From Takakia lepidozioides (taxonomy: Eukaryota > Plantae > Bryophyta), in NCBI GenBank assembly GCA_030704615.1, contig CM060734.1:17112001-17176000 (forward strand): a stretch of 64,000 bases of DNA, given 5' to 3'. Shown one piece after another: positions 12,575 to 26,037 of this stretch. The position numbers were made by a program, and so were the translations under genes. A model generated the notes under the pieces. The model saw only the letters and a program-made list of their open reading frames with translations. It ran no database searches and was not told the origin of the DNA. The stretch's first letter is position 1; every line of letters begins with the position of its first letter.

Positions 12575-13612
12575 CGGCGGTCCCTTCATTTCCGCCAGTA
12601 ATGGCAGTCGCTTCATTTCCAAAATAATTAAAATAAAAGCGACCGCCATGTATACCCCCCCCCCCTCTCATTCCTCGCTCCACGCGTAGGACAGACCTCG
12701 TAGAAGCAACCGCCACCTTCGCGGTCGCTGCATTTAAAAAAATAACCATTACAGCGATCGCCAGAAATGGCGGTCACTGCATTTTGTAACTGCCAGTAAT
12801 GGAAGTGAGGGGAGAATGACTGGGAGCTTATATGCCCCCCCCCCGCCTCATTCCTCGCTCCACGCGCAGGGAAGACCTCGTAGAAACGACCGCCACCTTC
12901 GCGGTCGCTCCATTTCCAAAAATAAAAATATATAAACTGGCGGTCGCTGCATTTTAAAAAATAACCATTAAAACGACCGCCAGAAATGGCGGTCGCTGCA
13001 TTTTGTAAAAACAAAAACTGCCAGTAATGGAAGTGAGGGGAGAATGACTGGGAGCTTATATGCCCCCACCGCCTCATTCCTCGCTCCACGCGCAGGGCAG
13101 ACCTCGTAGAAGCGATCGCCACCTTGGCGGTCGTTCCATTTAAAAACAAAAAAAAATGACCGCCACAAATGGCGGTCGCTCCATTTCGCAAAAAAAAAGA
13201 AAAAAAATGACCGCCAGTAATGGCGGTCGCTGCATTTATAAAAACAAAAAAAAACTTTAAGCGACCGCCTGTAATAGAAGTGAGGGGAGAATGAGTCCGA
13301 GCTTATATGCCCCCCTCCCCCCGCCTCACTCCTCGCTCCATGCGCAGGGCATACCTCGTAGAAGGTGGCGGTCGCTCCATTTAAAAATCCCCAAAAAACG
13401 ACTGCAAAATATGGCGATCGATCCATTTTCCAAAATTAAGAAAACAACTGACCGCCACTATTGGCGGTCGCTGGATTTTCAGAAAAAAATAGAAATTAAA
13501 GCGACTACCAGTAATTTTACGAAGAAACAAAAGACGATCTCTATTACATCGCGTTCACTGTATTTACAAAGAATAAAAAACAAATGCGACCGCCAGTGAT
13601 GTCGGTCGCTGT
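12575..13612. repeat. Subterminal array of palindromic GCGACCGCC-N4-6-GGCGGTCGC units with A-rich spacers, plus four copies of a C-rich unit
   Basis: Direct reading; CCTCATTCCTCGCTCCACGCGCAGGG-like unit at ~12665, 12846, 13072, 13324. Confidence 0.85.
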
Positions 13613-13883
13613 ATTAAAATAAAAATGAATGCAGAGTTGGAAGCATGGCACAATTGTTCTCCATTCCACAAGCAAATCACCGAACACAAACATGAGCAAG
13701 TGACGGTGCATTTGGCCGACATTTTGGTTGGTATACACATGGGCAACATCTTTTATTTTCCAACACATACACAACAACAATACAAATATTCATAGTGACA
13801 ATGATAACACTGGCATTACTTCACTACAGAAATATAAACATGTCCACTAAAATGTGCTGATGCATGCCTACAGCTGTTTTGCT

Positions 13884-16800
13884 TCAATTCCTTCTACTGC
13901 TTCGACGGCGGGACGAAGAAGATCCTAATCCTAATGCTCCGATGGATTGAAAATCCGGGTTACTTTCGACTTCACCACCATTGCCATGATCAGTGCTCAA
14001 ATCGTCATCCCTATCCGACCTCATATGTCCATGCCTTTGAATCTGCAAGCGACCTCGAACCACATTTAGTTCTCTCTGAGGTCGACTCCCACTCCGGTCT
14101 TGAATACCATCCACGGTATCTGGCTTGTTTGTGGGCCAATCGCCTACAAAAGGTTGGACTGTTCTTTGTCGTTTATGGACTTGGGACGCAATCGAAGGTG
14201 GTATCGAAGGAGGTACCGAAGGGGGGTCTGCCCGAGATGGACCGGCATTAGATGGTCCAGCATGTGAGGAACCACGGGTCTGCTACTCAACACGTCGGTT
14301 AAGGTGGAATTGTAGTGACAGGTTGTCATCATCTGAGGCTTCAACTTTCGCCCGGTCCAATACAGCAGAATGATGCATGCGTGTGGAAAATAGATCAACC
14401 TTGTTGCTCCTTAATGCCCGTTATGTTGATGGGGAGCTGGATCGGTTTTGGCATTGTAGTGGAGCTGGTCGTATCGGTGAGGCATGATCTCGTCCCGTCG
14501 ACTGTACAATGGGTTTGACACCATCGTTTGTATGAACAGGGTTGCGTACATCGCTCGGTCCTAGAAGTTCATCACCCCTAAGCTCCATTGAGGCACTACC
14601 GGTGGCTTCAGCGTATAGTGGGGGGCGAGGGTCGACCCCAACTTCATTTTGAGGACCATGTTCTGGGGATGACACAATTGCAGCTTCACCTTCATCTGCG
14701 ATACGCACTTCTTGAAGAAGGTCATCAAAGGTCGGCTGGATATAAGCATCCTCATCTATGAATGTAAATGGGTCATACGCATTTTCGGGAGCATCATCAG
14801 ATCCATGTTCACTATCGGAGGCAGATGATTCCCTCTGAGATGATTCTCTCTGAGGCTCAGTATCGTCACTCATCGAATCTACCTCAGAAGCAGAGTCTTC
14901 AGAATGCAAATTCCTCTCATACCATGCTGCAGTATCATCCGCTGCCCTCTCACGTAGCAGTCAGCAATTGGTATACACATACACCAATTTGTCAGCCCTC
15001 GCGGGATTCAACCTATTGCGAATCTTGTTGTAAACAAATGAGTAACTGCTCCGATTGCGTTCGCAAGATGAGGCAGAGCACACTTGAATAAGAATACACT
15101 TTGCAATGGGAGCCAATGTTTTTGCTCCAGCTCCAATCAGATCCCACCATTCATGTGGCAACATATTGAGCTCTTTTGGATCCGGCATGTCCCGAAAAGG
15201 GTCGCGGCGATCTAAGAAGCATTGGTACTCAGATATAGCTCTCTCTGCATGGTTCGGCGGAGCCAGTCGCATGAGCACTCACACGAGGCCGGCCTTGGCA
15301 TCAGCGTCGTCTCGGAGCATGGTATTGTCGAATAAGAATGGATAAAGCAAAGCCCCCGCATAATGCAAGTCCGTTCCAACCATCGAACGACGGTCGTAAA
15401 ATGCATCCTCAGCACTGTCCGCAAGTTCAGGTTCCAAGGAGAAGGGACGATGCCTCAAGGATTGGACGTGCTTCTCAAGATTTTGCATTAGTAACCATAC
15501 CTTGCCCATTACTGGTTGCTTTCCATCAAACTTCCGCAAGACGATTAACACCCGCTCTACCATATAAACAAAATTTTCACATTTCTTCCAGAAATCATCG
15601 CTGCGAATGTTATTTCGAACTTTTCGACTTTTGCCCAATGACTTGGCTTTCCTGGAATCCCGCAATGTCCGTGTGTACGCATCTCATTGAGGATCGATGA
15701 TGGTGTGCTCCAGACTGCTCTTCACCGTCACCAACCGATCCACCATCAAGAAGTTAGTGACAAAACGAATTTCGTCTGGATTGCGGAGGCTCTATTTGGG
15801 TTCGTGTCTCCTATATATTGTCAAAGGGATGTGGTATGTGCGGATGAACGACACAACAGTCTTCGCTCGCTTGACAAGTTGTTTCACCCACTTTTCTTTT
15901 CCCCAATCTTCCAAAAGGAGGTCAAGGATATGAGCAGCACAACCTTGATAGTAAATATGGAGATAACGTGCCAACAACATGTCTGCAGTATTTCTCATGT
16001 TAGCGGCATTGTCTGTGCATATTTGCACAATTCTATCACTTCCGACCTATTTGATGAAGTCTGTCAATAGTTGACATTGATAACGTCCATCTTTCTTCTC
16101 GCCGCTAGTGTCGACCGATCCCAAGAATTGTTCCCCAGCTGGACATACGAGCATGACATTGAACAACAGTCTATTTGTAACAACACTCCAACCATCGGCA
16201 CATATAATGCTTCCATATTTTCTGATGCACTCGCCCGTCCTATCGTTGACCTTTTGGGTAAGCTCGGTTATGGCGTCTTCTAGCAATCATGTGCGGAGAT
16301 TGTGATAAGTCGGAGGCACGTACGTGGCTTTGGACTCCGAGGTTGCTCTAACGGTAGAAACAAATGCCGGAAGCTTTGCCACATTAAATGGTATGTTGGT
16401 CTCGAAGAAAAACTGCGCCCATTTTTTATCCAACTGTCTTTTCGCAGACAAGTTAAGACCTTCCTGCATGAATTGCTGCCGTAATCCTCTACTCTGTTGA
16501 AGTGTAGGGGTACAAAGAGGTGTTGAAGCAGGTGTTGCTCCGACACAACCCACTTGTCCAAGGACACCCGAAGCCTCACAAGAGTCGCCCTAGGAATTAA
16601 TCGGGGCATCCTGACGGGAAGATGAAGTGTTCTGCTCAGAGGTCATGTCCAGATCCAAAGACATTGAAATATTGCCTCCACACTGGGCAAAATGGCTTTG
16701 TACCCGCATAGATGTTTTAGGGCATAAACCCGCCACATCGCTCTTCACACCTTTATAGCCGAGGTGAGCGAACAACCGATCCTTACGATAAGAAAGCTTT

Positions 16801-16892
16801 AATCCACATAGGTTGCACTCAACACTACCAGTGGCACTGACAGTGTTCGGGATTGCTGTATACCAAGGGCTCCATTCCTCCCTCATTTTCAC
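13884..16892 (-). pseudogene. hAT-superfamily transposase pseudogene (BED finger, DUF659, hAT dimerization domain, acidic/low-complexity C-terminal extension)
   Basis: CNLC..H BED finger; NIPFNV; ADGWS; CTDNAANM; CAAHILDL; TRF; WW..CSASSCERN; all ORF pieces lie in one frame broken by ~9 stops. Confidence 0.92.
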
Positions 16893-17319
16893 CCAATATC
16901 CACTCCCCTGGGCCCTAGCGATGTAAGCAACAAAAAACAGTCACCTATAAATGAACGTGTTGTGAATGTAAAGTGCAATGCGATAGCCCAACACTTCTAC
17001 ACCTGTCAGCAACCCAAGTGGGTCGATGTGGGTTGTAGTGTTGAACTTATACACAATCTGCTGAAGTGGTTTTGGTGGAAGCCACAACGGCAAAAGGTGC
17101 GCACCCTCTTCTTGGGTTACACTCTCGTTCAATGGAAGAGAACATCCAAAGCAACCTCAAGTGTTTGCGCCAAAAGAAGTGAGGAGCTTGGTGACCCTCC
17201 TCCCTTATATATGATCCAAGAATGATGAAAGTGAAAATGAAAGTGGAATGAATAAATGACGAACCAATAGCGCCCACCCGAAAAGGCTGTACAACCATAT
17301 TTGTTATAATTTTGAAATT

Positions 17320-18310
17320 AAGCGACCGCTAATACTACGGTCGTTATTTCTATTTTTTATGAAAAACAAGCGACCGCCACTACTGCGGTCGCTTTTATTT
17401 CCTTTCATTTTGTGCAATATTGCGGTCACTTCTATTTTGTATATTTTTAAATTTAAGCGACCGCCCGTATGGCGGTCGCTATTGTTTTTTATTTCAAAAT
17501 ATAATGTGACTGTCGGTATGGCGGTCGCTTCATTTGTTAATATATTTAAAATAAAACGACCACCAATATGGTGGTCGCTTTTATTTTTAATATTTTTAAA
17601 GAAACGCGACCGCCAGTAAGACGATCGCTTTTAATCTTTATATTTTCAAGTTTAAGCGACCTCCAGGCTGGCGGTCACTTAAACTTAATATATATTTTAA
17701 AATTGATGCGACCGCCGGTTTGGTGGTTGCAAATATTGTACTGTGTTAAAACAAGCGACCACCGATGTGGCGGTTGCTTTTATTTTCATATGTCGCTTGT
17801 TTTATTTATATAATTTTAAATTTACCGACCGCCATATGGCGGTCGTTTGTTTTTCTATATATTTTTTAAATTAAGCGACCGCCCAATGACGGTCGCTGGT
17901 GTTTTTTTGTTTTTTTTTTTTTTTTTCCTTGAAATTATCCGACCGCCATATGGCGGTCAGGTGTTCTGCACATATTTACAAAATTGTGCGACCACCAATA
18001 CGGCAGTCGCTTGTTTTCTTTTTTAAATTAGACGACCGCCAATGCAACCGCCAATCTTGTTTCTTTTTTAAAATAAATTGAAGCGACCGCCAAGATAGCG
18101 GTCGCTATTTTTTTTTTAATTCGAAAATAAAGCGACCGCCAGTGCGTCCGCCAATCTTGCTTTTTAAAAAAATAAATTGAAGCGACCGTCAATTATGGCG
18201 GTCGCTATTTCTTTTTTAATTTTGAAAACAAAGCGACCGCCATAATTGGCGGTCGCGTTCATTTTGTTAATTTTCAAAATGTATTTGCCACCGCCATCGT
18301 GTCGGCGACA
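17320..18310. repeat. Opposite-side subterminal array of GCGACCGCC...GGCGGTCGC palindromes with T-rich spacers
   Basis: About 18 units at ~47-60-bp spacing, mirror-composition to 12575-13612. Confidence 0.85.
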
Positions 18311-18439
18311 TGGCTGCTTAAGTGGCAGTATTTTACCTGGTACTATTTTTACCAGAATATTCCCCGAACTTGACGTGACCTTAGGCTGACGGACGGACGT
18401 GACGCTGATAACCGGGCTATGGTCAGTAGTGCTAGTACT

Positions 18440-20193
18440 ACTTCCACGATGTTATAGTTTTTTTCGTACTATTTGCGGAGAGGGCCCTATGGGTCTTGAT
18501 GCGCTCAAGAAGCGCGGGGTACCCTTCATTCTTGACCTATTCTTGACAAATTCTACCTCCTCCACGCTTGGGTGCCTCCCTAACCTACGATGCTACACAA
18601 TCACAAACAACCTTAATTAGTGTATGCAAGATATACCAAAGAGATAGCCATATGTAGACAAAACAACACACTAAAGTAAATGCATCCATGAAATGGTTAC
18701 AAATCGGGTCGCAAATGACTTGTGCCCTCCCGGACCAAATTTGTGGTATCTAGCCCTTTCTCTATGCATAACGCAAATTGAGCCTTCTTCTTGGCATCAG
18801 CCTCCTCGGCAATGAGAATGTCCCATGAGTCTTTTGGACATGTGCAAGATGTTAATGATTCATGCATGCTTCAATTTGAAGAATTAAAGCTAATGTAGTG
18901 GTGAATGAAATAGAAAGGAAGGTGTAGAGTTCATACCTCAATGATGGTCATAGGCCTAACGGCAATGACCCATTTCTTTGCTACTTGCCGGATCTCCTTC
19001 CTTGCACGATATCGCCTGTCCTTGAGGTTCTTTCCGATCAATCCCATCAACCGGGACTCACTCCAACCACCCCCAAATGTCTTCTCCAAATCGGCTACAA
19101 ATGCCCTATGGTGCTCCCATGGTTGTTGATCCCAATCTACATGCAAAGAGAACACATCGGGCCGCTTTTGGAAAGGCATGCCTTTTCAACGTTTCCCAAA
19201 ACTCTCCAACTGGATACCCATACTTGTTGCCTCTAGAGGTGGGACCTTCTTAGGCACCTCTAGCCCTCGCTTCTTCCCTCTCTTCCCGCACATACGGGGT
19301 TCTCCTTCTAGTGAGCCCTCTCCAATATCTCCCTTCCCACTACCCTCCCCCAACTCTCCGATTGTGAGAGGGGTATCCTCAATGCAAGGCTTCTTCTTCT
19401 TCTTCCTAAGGGGCTTTTCCACTATCGTCCTCTACCCGACTTCCCATGGCAGCCTCGTCTCCCTTTCGGTAAACAGCGCCGGGTATGTTTCCAAAAGGAC
19501 GTACGCCTCTAATGTGAATGCGCTAAGGATCGTTTCTGACGACCTCTCGACGCGGTATGCTCTTACTGGGTCTCGCACTCCCTCTTCTTCTTCAGTGTAA
19601 GTTTTGATTACCAAGAAACGCCCCAAATTCCACACTCGCTCATGTTCCCTGAGCTTGTTGTGCTTTCGTACCCCTTCGTTGGCTCTTCTCATTCTCCGTG
19701 GATGATCTAATGCCCACCTGGCATCGTACGTGGCCTTGTAGAACATGTCCTGTGCTATCCGCGCCCATGGGCCATCCTCCTTGTTTTGAAGGGCGTGCCG
19801 CCTTACGTAATGGTCCTCTCCAGGCAATGCTATTTGGAATTCTCTCCTGATCGCCCCGCGGGTAAGTCGCCAAGTTACAAAGCTGGAACTCACCGCTACG
19901 AACCTATGGATGCATTCCTCCAAGTATTCTTGGTATTCTGCGATTAGTAGAATTCCATCCGCCTCTTTGTCAGTAAAGAGGTCGGGGTATTTCCTCCAAA
20001 ATGCCACCGCTCTTTGGTTAGCATGGGCCTCCTCCCTATGTAGTGGCGTATCGTCTCTTCCGTCGATCTCCGCTCGGAAGGCGCGTAGTACGACTGGCTC
20101 TTCACAACCGGTTCTTCTTGCTCGTAAGATCTTCTTGATTTTGTTTGAATCAGCACTTATACCTCTGTATCTATCCCACTGTATGGTTGCCAA
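18440..20193 (-). pseudogene. Decayed spliced gene: unknown N-terminal domain plus C-terminus resembling plant Ptta/En-Spm (Transposase_24/TnpA-like) protein
   Basis: ORFs 19432-20193, 19186-19422 and 18931-19179 share one frame; donor GAG|GTATGA near 18935; later exon-like pieces CPKDSWDILI and LGRHPSVEEVEF resemble Ptta motifs. Confidence 0.4.
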
Positions 20194-20933
20194 TGGTTAA
20201 CGAGAATCTTGCCTGTCCAGCCAGACCCCAACGGGCTCCTATCCCGACCACTATCACTACCCTCCGCTCGCTATGAGTACTTCATCATTGCACCCCCTGA
20301 TCCTCTCGCCAGAACCGCGCCAGGGCCCTCTGAATGAACTCGTCCAGCTCAACTATACAAGGGCGGTTGTCCTGGGGCTTCCTGCTACTTTCTATCAAGG
20401 CTACGACATAGCGTAGCGCTCCGATATAACAGAGCCAACAATCGTGCTCGTTTTGGGTGTAATGCACGAGGGCTATGATGGACTGATCATGTTGTTCCTC
20501 ACTCATCTCCCTCCTTGTTGGACTGACTGGGTCTCATTCCGGGTACTTGCCTCCAGGGGGGCTACACCACGAAGTCGTAATGCAGCGCATTGGGGGCAGC
20601 TTCTAGTGTGAACTCAAGACAACATACAAGATCTACCTAACAAACGGCAAGAAACACACAAGATGACACGGACTAACTGCACACTGTTCTCATGAAGATC
20701 TCCCTTCGTTCCCTCTTTACTTTTCGAGCAACTCCAAGCCGGAGCGCCCAATTACCAACTAGTTTTCTCCCTATTATAGTGGGGGTCAGCCCAAGTGTTT
20801 CCTAGTCTAGTGTCTCTCTGATGTATGCTGTCACAGCCCGACTACCTCTTATTCCCCACTGCTGGTATCCCTTCCCCCCCCAAAATCGCAGCAGCTCTCC
20901 TTCCCGCACTTTGTCTCCCTCCTGTGTATGCTA

Positions 20934-23418
20934 CTACCCCTCTCCAATCCTTGCTAATCCAATAATGCCCTTTTTCTCCTCCTGCGGTTTTCCTATCCCC
21001 TCTGCCTGCATTGCGTCCTCCACCCTCATCTCCTTATGATTGCTTGGAGATTCTCCCTTGCGTGCTCCTCGCGTGATGATGGCATCGTCAGTACTTTCCC
21101 AAGAAAGTACTTTGGCCCCCCCCCCAGCAGTCCGCGCTTCGTAGTCTTCTCTTCCCTCGTAGCGACTTAGGCCCTCGTCGCCCCGGGCACGATCGTAGCT
21201 GGAGTCGGGCTCGTAAGGGTTCCGTTGCTCATAGCGCCTGCTGAGCTCGTAGCCTCCTTGCAGCTCATTGCCCGGTTGCAGCTCATAGCTGCTCATCCCC
21301 GTTCGGGCGTTGGGCTTCCCTCGGGTGTGCCCTCCGGCGAGATCTCCTGCTCTGGCTCCGTTGAGCTTCTTGTTGTGTCCCTCCCTCCCTCCTGCACAAG
21401 TGCAGAGGGTCAGTTTTCTAGTCTAACATTATCCCCCTCTTACTTTCGTCCATGTCCTCATGGACGTCTTCCTTGCCTTCTCTCTAGGGACCTCTTACGA
21501 CTAGATCTGTTCCCCAGGGTTTCGTTGGGCATTTTCATGGGGCAAAGGTTTGCACTCATCATCGCTTTCATCGGGGCATTGTCTTCATCTTTGCTTCCCC
21601 CACTCGCATGTTGCCCTGTCCAGGATGGCTGGTATCGTTCACCGCGTGACGACGCAGCTTCAAGGGTAGGGCCAGCTGTATCCTCCTACGGAACAAAGTT
21701 CGGGGCTTCACCGTCATTATTTGTCTCACCTTTCTCTTGACCCAACATCTTGCCCCGTTGACAAAGTCTTTGTTCCTCCAAATAGCGCAGTGTAACACTG
21801 GTAGAGATCTCATGTATGGGGTTCTGATTCGTCAAATCAGACAGTTTTTTCCCCGTTGGAACAACCTCTCATCATTTAACGAGTCCCTTAACTCCTCTAT
21901 GGCCTTAGCGTAAACGAGTTCCCATACTGGGTCCATCAGTAGCTCGCGTATGTTACGACTGTTTTTGTGGGGCGATTGTCAGTACTACGGGGAGAGGACC
22001 AGGCTGCCCTGCAGCAACGTTTCGTAGCTGCTTGTGTCTTATCTCCATCAGGCAGTAGAAGCGCAAGGTATAATGTTGGATGCATCCCGTGCCGACATCG
22101 ATCTGCGCATATTCGGCTGGTTCCTTCAACAGTATGTCACATGTGGTGAACCTAAAGGCCATTAGGTCGTGGAGGGTGCCCCTAGTATTGCGCCAATACT
22201 CGTTGAATTCCATTGTCCACACTCCTCGTTGTGGAGGAACTCTCAGCTGGTGGCGAGTCAGTATGATTGTCCTCAAAGGAAGGAACAACCCTCGGGTGCC
22301 TGTGGTATGGGGATGGTATATAGTAGGGTCTCTAATGCTAGTAGGTAAGCATTGGGGAGTAAGTAGGCGGGGAAGGCGTCAGGTGGCAACACCGCGGTGT
22401 CAACGAGGTCTACAAAGGAAGAGGGGGGAGGATGTACCTCAGATGGTGGTCGTGTGATTCCTTCCAACGATGGTCTCTCCCTACCTTGAGCTGGGGCGGT
22501 TGCTTCCTGCATTTGGGGCGGCCCTTCCCCTCCTAGTGTTGCTATGCCCATCGTTTTGAGCTCAGGTCTTGGTCTGCGGTTTTTTTTTCTGGCCTTAAGC
22601 CCTCCTTTGGATATTTCCTGTGCAACTTCTTCCCTTTCCTTCCCCAGTGGCGTGGTGTCTGGGTGGGGTACATTAGTCATCGCCCTACCACTATCCAATG
22701 GTAGCAACCCCAATTGCGGGGTGTCCTCAACAATGGGGGGGGGGGGGAGGTGTGTGTCTGGGGAGCGTCGCTGCCACCTCCTGCCTCTTTGAGCTCCTAG
22801 TGGCATGTTTTGGGGAACACTTAGCTCCGCTTCCTTTACTTCTTCCAACAGCAATTGCCCTCCCGCACCTTCGTTTTCCTCCGGGTCCTCGGCCTTCTCA
22901 TAGCCTCCTGGTCATCCGCAGCCTTCTACGAGCGCTCTTGGTTTTGCCGGATGAGACTCGCGGGAATCTTTATCCGCGTGACCCCTTCTTCCTCTTTGTC
23001 TTCCTTGTCGCTGGATAGTGCCTTCGTTGTGTGGAGCGACCCCTCATTTGGCTCGTCCTCCCATACTAGTAAGTCCGATTGCGCTCTCTCCCGTAGGGCC
23101 GAGACTATGAGTCTCCTGGTTTCGATGTCCATCGCCGTCCACTCCCCTGGGACGGGGACAAATTCCTCCCCTTCATCTGTTACACACATGGGGTGTTGAG
23201 GGACCAGGACCGTCCGGGTCCGCCCCCCCCACTGTTTCTCCTGCCTCGGAAAGCGGTTGCCATTTCTTCGCAAATTCCTCAATGTTGCAGGTTAGTTCCT
23301 TGGCCTTCTCCTCTTGGTAGCGGATGATCCCCAACCGCCTCTGGGCAAGTTCCTTGTTCGTAGGAGAGAAGACGTCCTCCACGCTTATCCCCAGTTCCTC
23401 GTAGAGCTCCTCCAGGCA
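20934..23418 (-). pseudogene. Frameshifted chain of charged/low-complexity ORFs of unknown function (probably TE accessory gene)
   Basis: Acceptor TTTCATTTCAG near 23419 followed by successive minus-strand ORFs 23173-23382, 22926-23282, 22273-22854, 21953-22288, 20934-21296. Confidence 0.35.
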
Positions 23419-24188
23419 CTGAAATGAAATTAATCACCAGGAATGGGCCCAAGAAGAATAAACAAATGCAGAATAGAAAGACAATAATGCACATACAGGG
23501 CCGGGGAGATGAAATATTCGTTTAAGTACAACATGGCAGTGTGTAAACTGTTGCGATCTAGAGTGACCTTAAGGCGAGGGAGTGTGGTAGAAAGTGGCCG
23601 ATGGTAAGCCTGTAAGTGTGCTAGGTGATATACAGATAGAATATGAGATGAAGTGTTTATGCGAGGCCTCTGTGCCTGTTGAGAGATTTGAGGTAAAACG
23701 GGACTATACTGCAGATTTGCAGAATTTGCGCCAAGTGAATTTATTGAATAGGATGGGACTGCATAGCAATTTGAGAAACAAGATAGATAAATCAAAAGAA
23801 AATTATACTGGTGGAGTAACGCCTAACAAACTTGCAATTGGGTCTGGATGGTTTCAGTATTAGATTAGCAGACTGTGATATGTGCCAGAGACTACACATA
23901 AGCATGGGCGGAGTTCGTAGTGGGGAGGCCTACTGGCACCTGAAGCACGCACTACAGAGGTTGCTGGATTGATATAATATGAGAAGTTCGGTATATAGAG
24001 GGGAGTACGGCTTTGCAGGCAGAGCCGATTATGTTCGACTTGCAGATTAGGGACATCTTTTTGGTTGGCAGTTTTTTTTATAGGCAGTGTGCTGGGGTGA
24101 TGGGAAAGGGGTGGGTGTGGAGAAAGCAGCAAGTACGAGTACAATAGCCTGCAAAGGTGCGGAGAAATTGAGGAGTAGAGGACTGCTC

Positions 24189-24355
24189 GATGGGGCAATT
24201 TCCCCAGAACATAATAGGATATGTCACAATCGAGTATAGTGAAAATATTCTTGTGCATTGTGTGGAAGACTACTGGATGGGGCAATTTCCCCATAACATA
24301 ATAGGATATGTCACAATTGAGTATAGTGAAAATATTCTTGTGCATTGTGTGGAGG
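24189..24355. repeat. 87-bp tandem duplication
   Basis: GATGGGGCAATTTCCCCA.AACATAATAGG at 24189 and 24276. Confidence 0.85.
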
Positions 24356-25338
24356 AGTTGACCTATACTCGGAGAGTATGGAGAATATGGCCAACATTGC
24401 AATGCCTCCACTTCCACCTTAAGTAACCAGTAGACCGGAATAACATGTGTAAAGGTAGAATATGATGCAGGGCTCAAGTCATATGGTAACAGATATATAA
24501 GCAAGTTTAGCTTATTACAACTTTGTTTAAAGCTAAAACATAACAGCATCGGTGTGCATGGGGAAGTAGAATTTTGTAAATAAGGCGAGTTATAGTCACT
24601 CACTAATTTATGATCATGACCTGGGTTGGCAGCTGCGGTGACATAGAATGGGGTGATAGGGAAATAATAAAGAGAGGAGTCTGGGCAATGCAGCAAGCAA
24701 TAGGTTAAACTACAGTACTGATAATAATATTTGAGATGCTGACAAGAGTGATCCCCCAGGCATTGTGTGAGATGAGCTGATGTTGTTGGGGACATACTGG
24801 AGGCACGTCTATGTTCAGATGTGTTGACACTTCAGAAATTAGATGTTCCGTTGTGCCCTGCACAGAACTTGTCATGTCATAATCTGTGTGGAAATCCTAG
24901 TATAAAACAAGCAGAGTATATGTCTAGCATTAGGCCACCATGAGCTTGCTTTTCTTTCCAAGGGTAGAGTGGACGCCATTGAAGGCCTGCGTAGGTTGAG
25001 CAACATAACTTGGCATGTACGCTTATTCTGAAGTACTGCACAAAGGAAGGCTGACCTGATTGAGTAGATCACCACAAGTTTTTTCGGAGTTCCATGAGGT
25101 ATGAGGTAGAGACATTCCCGTATAGCAATGCAGAAGGATGTTGGAGATAGAAGTGGCTGATACATATAGGATATGCTCTGTTTGCCTTGAGTAGGTGCCA
25201 TCAAGCTTCTAGAACCCCTATCCAGTGTTCTGCCCTTGAGATTTCTGTTTGGCCTCTTATTGATAATCCATGCCTGCAATACACAACAAGCTGTCCCATG
25301 TCTCGAAGTGTCTCAAAGTGTTGGTTTATTACCCACAG

Positions 25339-26035
25339 TGCCGCGGCCCTTTGCCTTGAGGGCAGGGGGTCGGGACACAAGAGGGGCTGCCCCTGTGGTG
25401 GGGGCAGTGGCAACAATAGATGCGGGGGTTGAAGCACCCTTGAGTGCCCAAGGCAATCAAGGAGGCGGAGGCGCTCACTAGGTGGAGCCCAACACACCGG
25501 GTTGCGGTGGGGGTGGTGGTAGCTTAGTGGGACTTAGTGGGGGTGGCATAGGACTCACCATGGGGGCGGAGACCTTGTGGTGGGAGTCGTGGGGAGTCTT
25601 GGGACTCATCACGGTCCAATGGGCCGTGGTGGGTGGGCCAAGACTCACCGGGAGTCGAGGGTTTTCGTGGTGGTTCGCCATAAAAGGATGGTGTTGTTTG
25701 TGAAACCCCCGCGGACAGTCACAGAAGTATATATAGGGAGTAGTAACCCCGAGAACGGTGCAAGCCCGTTGGTGACAAAAAACTAGTGAGTAAGCGTGCG
25801 AGCCGGAAAGCGACCAAGGTGTGGGGAGCTGTTCCGGACTGCCATCGACCAAAGGGAATTTCCACTTGGCTCAAATTGAGAGAGGGTCTCGTGGAGGGGA
25901 AAAGGGGGACCGTTATGTCCCGGTGAGCAGCCGAAGCTCCGAGTTGGCCTGACGACCAGTTTGGGAGTTAGGCGCGCGCATCAAAGCGAGTAACTATGAC
26001 TTGAAGGGGAGCTTACCGAAGTGAGGTGTGCGACA
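25339..26035 (+). repeat. 5' LTR (697 bp)
   Basis: Roughly 97% identical by eye to 31543-32254; TG...CA termini. Confidence 0.95.
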
Positions 26036-26037
26036 CT

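Noticed and set aside
17320-18310. CRISPR-like array of regularly spaced palindromes
   Set aside because: Repeats are degenerate, spacers are low-complexity A/T runs, there are no cas genes, the context is eukaryotic, and a mirrored array flanks the other side of a transposase
23860-24795. 311-aa minus-strand ORF as a gene
   Set aside because: Composition rich in Y/S/L/H/P with no recognisable motif and partly inflated by an 87-bp duplication; likely spurious
25201-25852. Pro/Gly-rich ORFs repeated at ~31400-32070 and ~62000-62770
   Set aside because: Chance ORFs in GC-rich LTRs; frames are broken differently by indels in each copy
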